From Candidatus Hydrogenedentota bacterium (GTDB lineage Bacteria > Hydrogenedentota > Hydrogenedentia > Hydrogenedentales > SLHB01), in contig BTVY01000016.1 in NCBI GenBank assembly GCA_045863335.1, positions 66,024 to 130,023 on the forward strand: a stretch of DNA of 64,000 nt. Reading direction: 5' to 3'. How positions within the stretch are numbered: the stretch's first letter is position 1; every line of letters begins with the position of its first letter. A program made the position numbers and the translations under genes. Under the pieces are notes generated by a model. That model had not been told where the DNA came from. It worked only from the letters and a program-made list of their open reading frames with translations, and did not search any database. This document shows, in pieces, positions 61,301-64,000 of this stretch.

Positions 61301-61774
61301 TGGGGGCGCCCAGAGACCGCGGGCGCCGTCGCAAGCGCGATCGTTGCATTGGAAGGCGAGGACTCCACTGACTTTTTTGCCGCGCTCTCCGGCGACTCGT
61401 CAGCGGACCGGGCCGTCCGGCTCGCGGCGTTGTTGTCCCTTGGCGCGATCGGTACCAAAGAGAGCGCAGAGGCCTTCGCCCGCTTGCGGGACGCAGCCTA
61501 CGGTGCGCCCAACGCGCCGCCCCGCAAAGAATCCTATACCCATGCCGAACGAATGGCCGAGGCGGCGCACATGGTGTTGTGGGTGTTGTCCGGAGATGCC
61601 GGCCCTGCGCCGCGTCCGTTCGATGCAGATTCATACAGCGGAGCGACGGTCTCCGAAGACTACGCATCGGGTATCCTCAACACGACCACGCTGGGTGGGT
61701 GGACCGATCTGCATTTTCGCCGCGTGGGCGATGAATGGCTTCTGACACGAATCGGCGGAACGGTGGTAGTGTAA
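58322..61774 (+). CDS. Secreted carboxypeptidase-regulatory-like repeat protein with HEAT-like C-terminus
   Basis: Multiple G.V.D..G.P / TD..G.F modules; AVRLAALLSLGAIG (HEAT-like). Confidence 0.75.
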   Translation: MKTTLTNVHFLTIFAVVAGLASAQQLGPITLVVQDAEGNSVSGAEVHCVNWDGEVLRETPLQDGEKGVTSPDGKVTFQDKTIGQVFVRVIAGELGGWYRVHDRGEPAGVMLTVDTGHTLRGTVRGVDGEPLADVRILADSSLPAGKTDEAGRFAVPNAGVTYSPELVFAKEGYSPEGTHVHFDANEVTIILKRAVDIPVRVVYPDGTPAEKAHVGGGVRWSRALHTDSDGRATITDAPVGDNIGISATIRRDDTTYRGYQRRFVVPPEVPELITLILEPVRFGTIKGHVLSMDSGEPVVGRVFLDTSNEFYSPREKTHTDEEGRFTFENIWPGSYYLFAAPTSPTLYQIGGPQQVRIEEKGGEVPVEVLIDEGCAIRGTVLTADGEPAKQAQVMWQPMPHYRAIWTDEVGHFAIPHLDGVGLTYTVEVTDQYQRVAKAAVGPMAKGQIVSDVELRLPAAMKPAVLRGTVVDPSGEPLPNIRLHFLYDEGVEPRSVSATTNEDGQFEMDVVNSGAVKVSASRGVQIERDTHYDNISVACEIVGADTVQLNAERDETLQFVVKPQTLRMFTGKVVDAAGRPIQAQVQLLHGEWDSESGNFGGGEGEFTFRRLPEDAYVLEVTAQGYKARVLKAEELTYSPSQPLIVTLDPGPFAVGESVWATVTGTPPTPESVAQFPLAERIRKNEWHYYRNAEPPKPRDPSAAASAHSYQKQLRVLDADGNPAKRVYLESLHSLPVPEQRLYATDSSSQAQSMVSADGTYELPLGTYGAIVYTPVSGRVLVMPEWSNQPGETTDVVLREAASLELQIAYPGKQAAAGVPVYIGKMAWDHEANAQAFQIGETGPDGVFRLDQLAPGFHGFAVGAMGSTMRTILVDLEPAEARVEAFALSHDAHADPQVQLQRWRESLRDQVRRDGLAEILKEQVGSLSAKERRQLERAVLDGIAVLPGTIGWRGWEANEMRLYAALVSGLQDRDAVPLLKERLANLQSGEDRGTFWGRPETAGAVASAIVALEGEDSTDFFAALSGDSSADRAVRLAALLSLGAIGTKESAEAFARLRDAAYGAPNAPPRKESYTHAERMAEAAHMVLWVLSGDAGPAPRPFDADSYSGATVSEDYASGILNTTTLGGWTDLHFRRVGDEWLLTRIGGTVVV

Positions 61775-61965
61775 GCGGGGGCAACGATATTCGGCGCGGG
61801 AACGGCAACCGGGCATTCCGAAGCACGTTCCCACGGGGGGAGAGAAACTTCCGCCACCTTCGACCGAAAAACTCCGTTCTGCGCGGCAGTATGTCACACC
61901 GCGGAAAGACGGATGTGGTTCACTGAGGCGAAGGGCATGCCCGCGCCTCCGAAGGAGGAAGTACC

Positions 61966-62112
61966 ATGAAGCATACAATGGCGATTACCCGGGTCCCGGC
62001 GATGGCTTGCTGTGGCGAGAATCATCCTGCCTGGAAGGAAGCGATTACGGCATTCCTGGAGGACCCCGTGGGTGTCATCCGGCTGCACCTGTCCAAAGAA
62101 GATGACGCGTAA
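61966..62112 (+). CDS. Unannotated 48-aa small protein
   Basis: AAGGAGG RBS 7 nt before ATG; MKHTMAITRVPAMACCGENHPAWKEAITAFLEDPVGVIRLHLSKEDDA*. Sits in an otherwise empty intergenic gap. Confidence 0.6.
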   Translation: MKHTMAITRVPAMACCGENHPAWKEAITAFLEDPVGVIRLHLSKEDDA

Positions 62113-62178
62113 GCGCGCGAGAATCCAGCGCTAAACGCGAGAAGAGTGCTAGTTTAGCCGGGGCTGACGGCCGTCCCG

Positions 62179-63378
62179 TTAAGGGGCGGCCGTCCCGTAT
62201 TTCGGCCGCCAATGGGGCCACATGGCGCCGGAGCCTTCGGGGGCTTGCGTGACCGTCTGCGGTGTTCCGCCGTCCGCCGGCATGGCGTAGAGTTGCCGGG
62301 TGCCCGTTTGATTTGAGCCGAAGACGAGCCAGCGACCGTCCGGCGAAGGCGTCGGGTGATAAACCTTCGCGCCCGGTGGTGACTGCGTGAGCTGCTCTGT
62401 CGCGCCATCAAGCGAGACCCGCATCAGTTCGACGCGATCTTCAACGGCCGCCGTGTAATAGATCCAGTGTCCGTCTTTGCTCCACACCGGCACGTCGCTG
62501 CTCCCGCCGTGAAAGTCCTCCACGTCGAGGAACGCGATGACGCCTTCGTACGCATTCCGATCCGCGAGTTTGCGCAGATCGGACCCGTCGGGCCGGGCGA
62601 TGTATGGATGGCAGTTGTAGTGTTCGCCCGATACGAAGAGCAGCCAATCCCCATCGGGCGACCACTGCGGCACGAAGTTGAACGGATTGCCGGTCTCAAT
62701 GTGGATCGGATTGGCGCCGTCCGCGCCGGCCACGTAGATTTGATAGTCCTTGTGGTACGTGATCCGTGCGCCGTCCGGCGAGGCGCTGTAGCCATAGGCG
62801 AACCCTTCCGGCCCGGAACTGACGTCGCGTTTGTTGGAGCCGTCGCGGTCCATGACAAAAGGATGAGATACGCCGTCGACGAGCGCCTGAAACCCAAGCT
62901 TTCCGTCGTCGCCCGGAAAGAAGAATAGCCCCGAGTTGTATTCGCTGACGCGATCCACTTCGGTGAGGTTCTCGATGACGCCGGTCTCGGGTTCTACGAG
63001 ACACATGTCGTAACGCCAGCCTTCCGTCATGCGGAAGGTCTTATGCTCTTCTTCCCAAGCGGCATTCTCGGGGCTCTCCCAACCGGACCCGACGATGGCG
63101 TACTGCCCATCCGGAGACCAGCCCGCGAATTGAGTCCAGGTGTTAGCTTTCTGCGCGAGGGATTCGGCAACGATTCGCCGGTCGGTGCCATTCGCACGAA
63201 CAAGGTGCGCACGCATGGTGGTCACGTTGGCGTGACGGCCGCCCGGGAGGTTGGCGCGGAACTCCGTATAGCCGATCTCGTAGTCCGCGAGGGACGCCGC
63301 TGTGTCCTCGGCGCGCAGGTTCCATGAGAGTAACGCGACCAGGACCATTGCGTGGAGCGCATTCGTACGAGTACTCAC
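62179..63378 (-). CDS. TolB-like (PD40/WD40) beta-propeller protein
   Basis: Repeated WSPDG/SPDG motifs; GTG start at 63378 overlaps the upstream stop; signal peptide. Confidence 0.82.
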   Translation of the reverse strand: MSTRTNALHAMVLVALLSWNLRAEDTAASLADYEIGYTEFRANLPGGRHANVTTMRAHLVRANGTDRRIVAESLAQKANTWTQFAGWSPDGQYAIVGSGWESPENAAWEEEHKTFRMTEGWRYDMCLVEPETGVIENLTEVDRVSEYNSGLFFFPGDDGKLGFQALVDGVSHPFVMDRDGSNKRDVSSGPEGFAYGYSASPDGARITYHKDYQIYVAGADGANPIHIETGNPFNFVPQWSPDGDWLLFVSGEHYNCHPYIARPDGSDLRKLADRNAYEGVIAFLDVEDFHGGSSDVPVWSKDGHWIYYTAAVEDRVELMRVSLDGATEQLTQSPPGAKVYHPTPSPDGRWLVFGSNQTGTRQLYAMPADGGTPQTVTQAPEGSGAMWPHWRPKYGTAAP

Positions 63379-64000
63379 TTCACGACGGCGCCTTGCGTGA
63401 ATGCCGAATCCACGACGCCGAGGATCTTCCCGTCCAGTCCTTCGTTGGGCTCGACTCCCATGAGCGTAAGGACCGTCGGCGGAAGGTCCAGCAGTTGCGC
63501 ATCGACGAGCGTTTCCCCCGAAGCGACACCAGGTCCCGCCATGACCGCGAACCCACGGGGATGGTGGCGTCCGGATCGGCGTTCGGGATCCTCTCCGAGC
63601 ACCGTGCCAATGCGCGGCGAGCGCAATCCCGTCTTCGGCGCATCGCCGGCCCACATGACGATGATGTCCGGTAGATCGTCGGCGTTTTTGGTATTCAGTT
63701 CGCGGCGCGTGCGGATGATCGATTCCACGGCGGGCGTGCCAGTGGCCACGTTCTCAAGCGCGGCCAGCTCCTGTTCGAGCATGGCGCAGATTGAGTCGTA
63801 TTCGGACGGGTCCACAACGCCGTTGGGTTCGCGGCCTTTCAGGTTGATACGGATGGTGCCGTTGCAGTCATTCGGCACCACGAACGCGCGGCTCTTCGCC
63901 CATTGTCCGCTCGGGTACACCAATCGGCGCGTCCACTTGTCCCAGGGGGTGCAGATCTGGGAATACCGCGAATTCTGTAATAAATAAATAGTTGTGGACT
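63375..64000 (-). CDS. Alkaline phosphatase / nucleotide pyrophosphatase superfamily protein (C-terminal part, truncated by window edge)
   Basis: IRINLKGREPNG.V, PDIIV.W, SGRHHPRG, LLDLPPTVL.LMG, LDGK. Frame stays open to the window end. Confidence 0.8.
   Translation of the reverse strand, partial: STTIYLLQNSRYSQICTPWDKWTRRLVYPSGQWAKSRAFVVPNDCNGTIRINLKGREPNGVVDPSEYDSICAMLEQELAALENVATGTPAVESIIRTRRELNTKNADDLPDIIVMWAGDAPKTGLRSPRIGTVLGEDPERRSGRHHPRGFAVMAGPGVASGETLVDAQLLDLPPTVLTLMGVEPNEGLDGKILGVVDSAFTQGAVVK

Noticed and set aside
61780-61960. Possible riboswitch or ncRNA upstream of the 48-aa ORF
   Set aside because: I could not match conserved cores of c-di-GMP, SAM, TPP, cobalamin or other known riboswitches by eye; an Rfam scan would be needed.

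Overview
GC-rich bacterial chromosomal window. Gene style (many secreted CAZyme-like proteins, membrane-anchored ECF sigma fusions, a VPxxG-type C-terminal sorting tail) suggests a Hydrogenedentota/Planctomycetota-like organism, but this is inference only. Housekeeping genes: hisG (partial), ndk, a 29-aa bS22/mS38-like ribosomal protein missed by the ORF track, purA, mutY, uvrB, a bifunctional rel/spoT and an NAD kinase. Accessory content: a TolC-MacB-MacA-type exporter, tandem acyl-CoA ligases, GH29, GH9, GH50-like and GH51-like hydrolases, a GH3 lacking its catalytic residues, a toxin-first PIN/Phd TA module with a perfect operator, two ~1030-aa ECF sigma-TM-periplasmic fusions, and an intact IS1182-family element inserted in a nested palindromic repeat. 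The most unusual locus is 20217-23193: a near-consensus sigma70 promoter plus palindromic operator upstream of a TetR regulator fused to a complete Rnk (Gre-like, RNA polymerase secondary-channel) domain, followed by two more free-standing Rnk paralogs and a DUF2179-type membrane protein. No rRNA, tRNA or CRISPR array was seen. All assignments come from motif recognition by eye; no database search was run.
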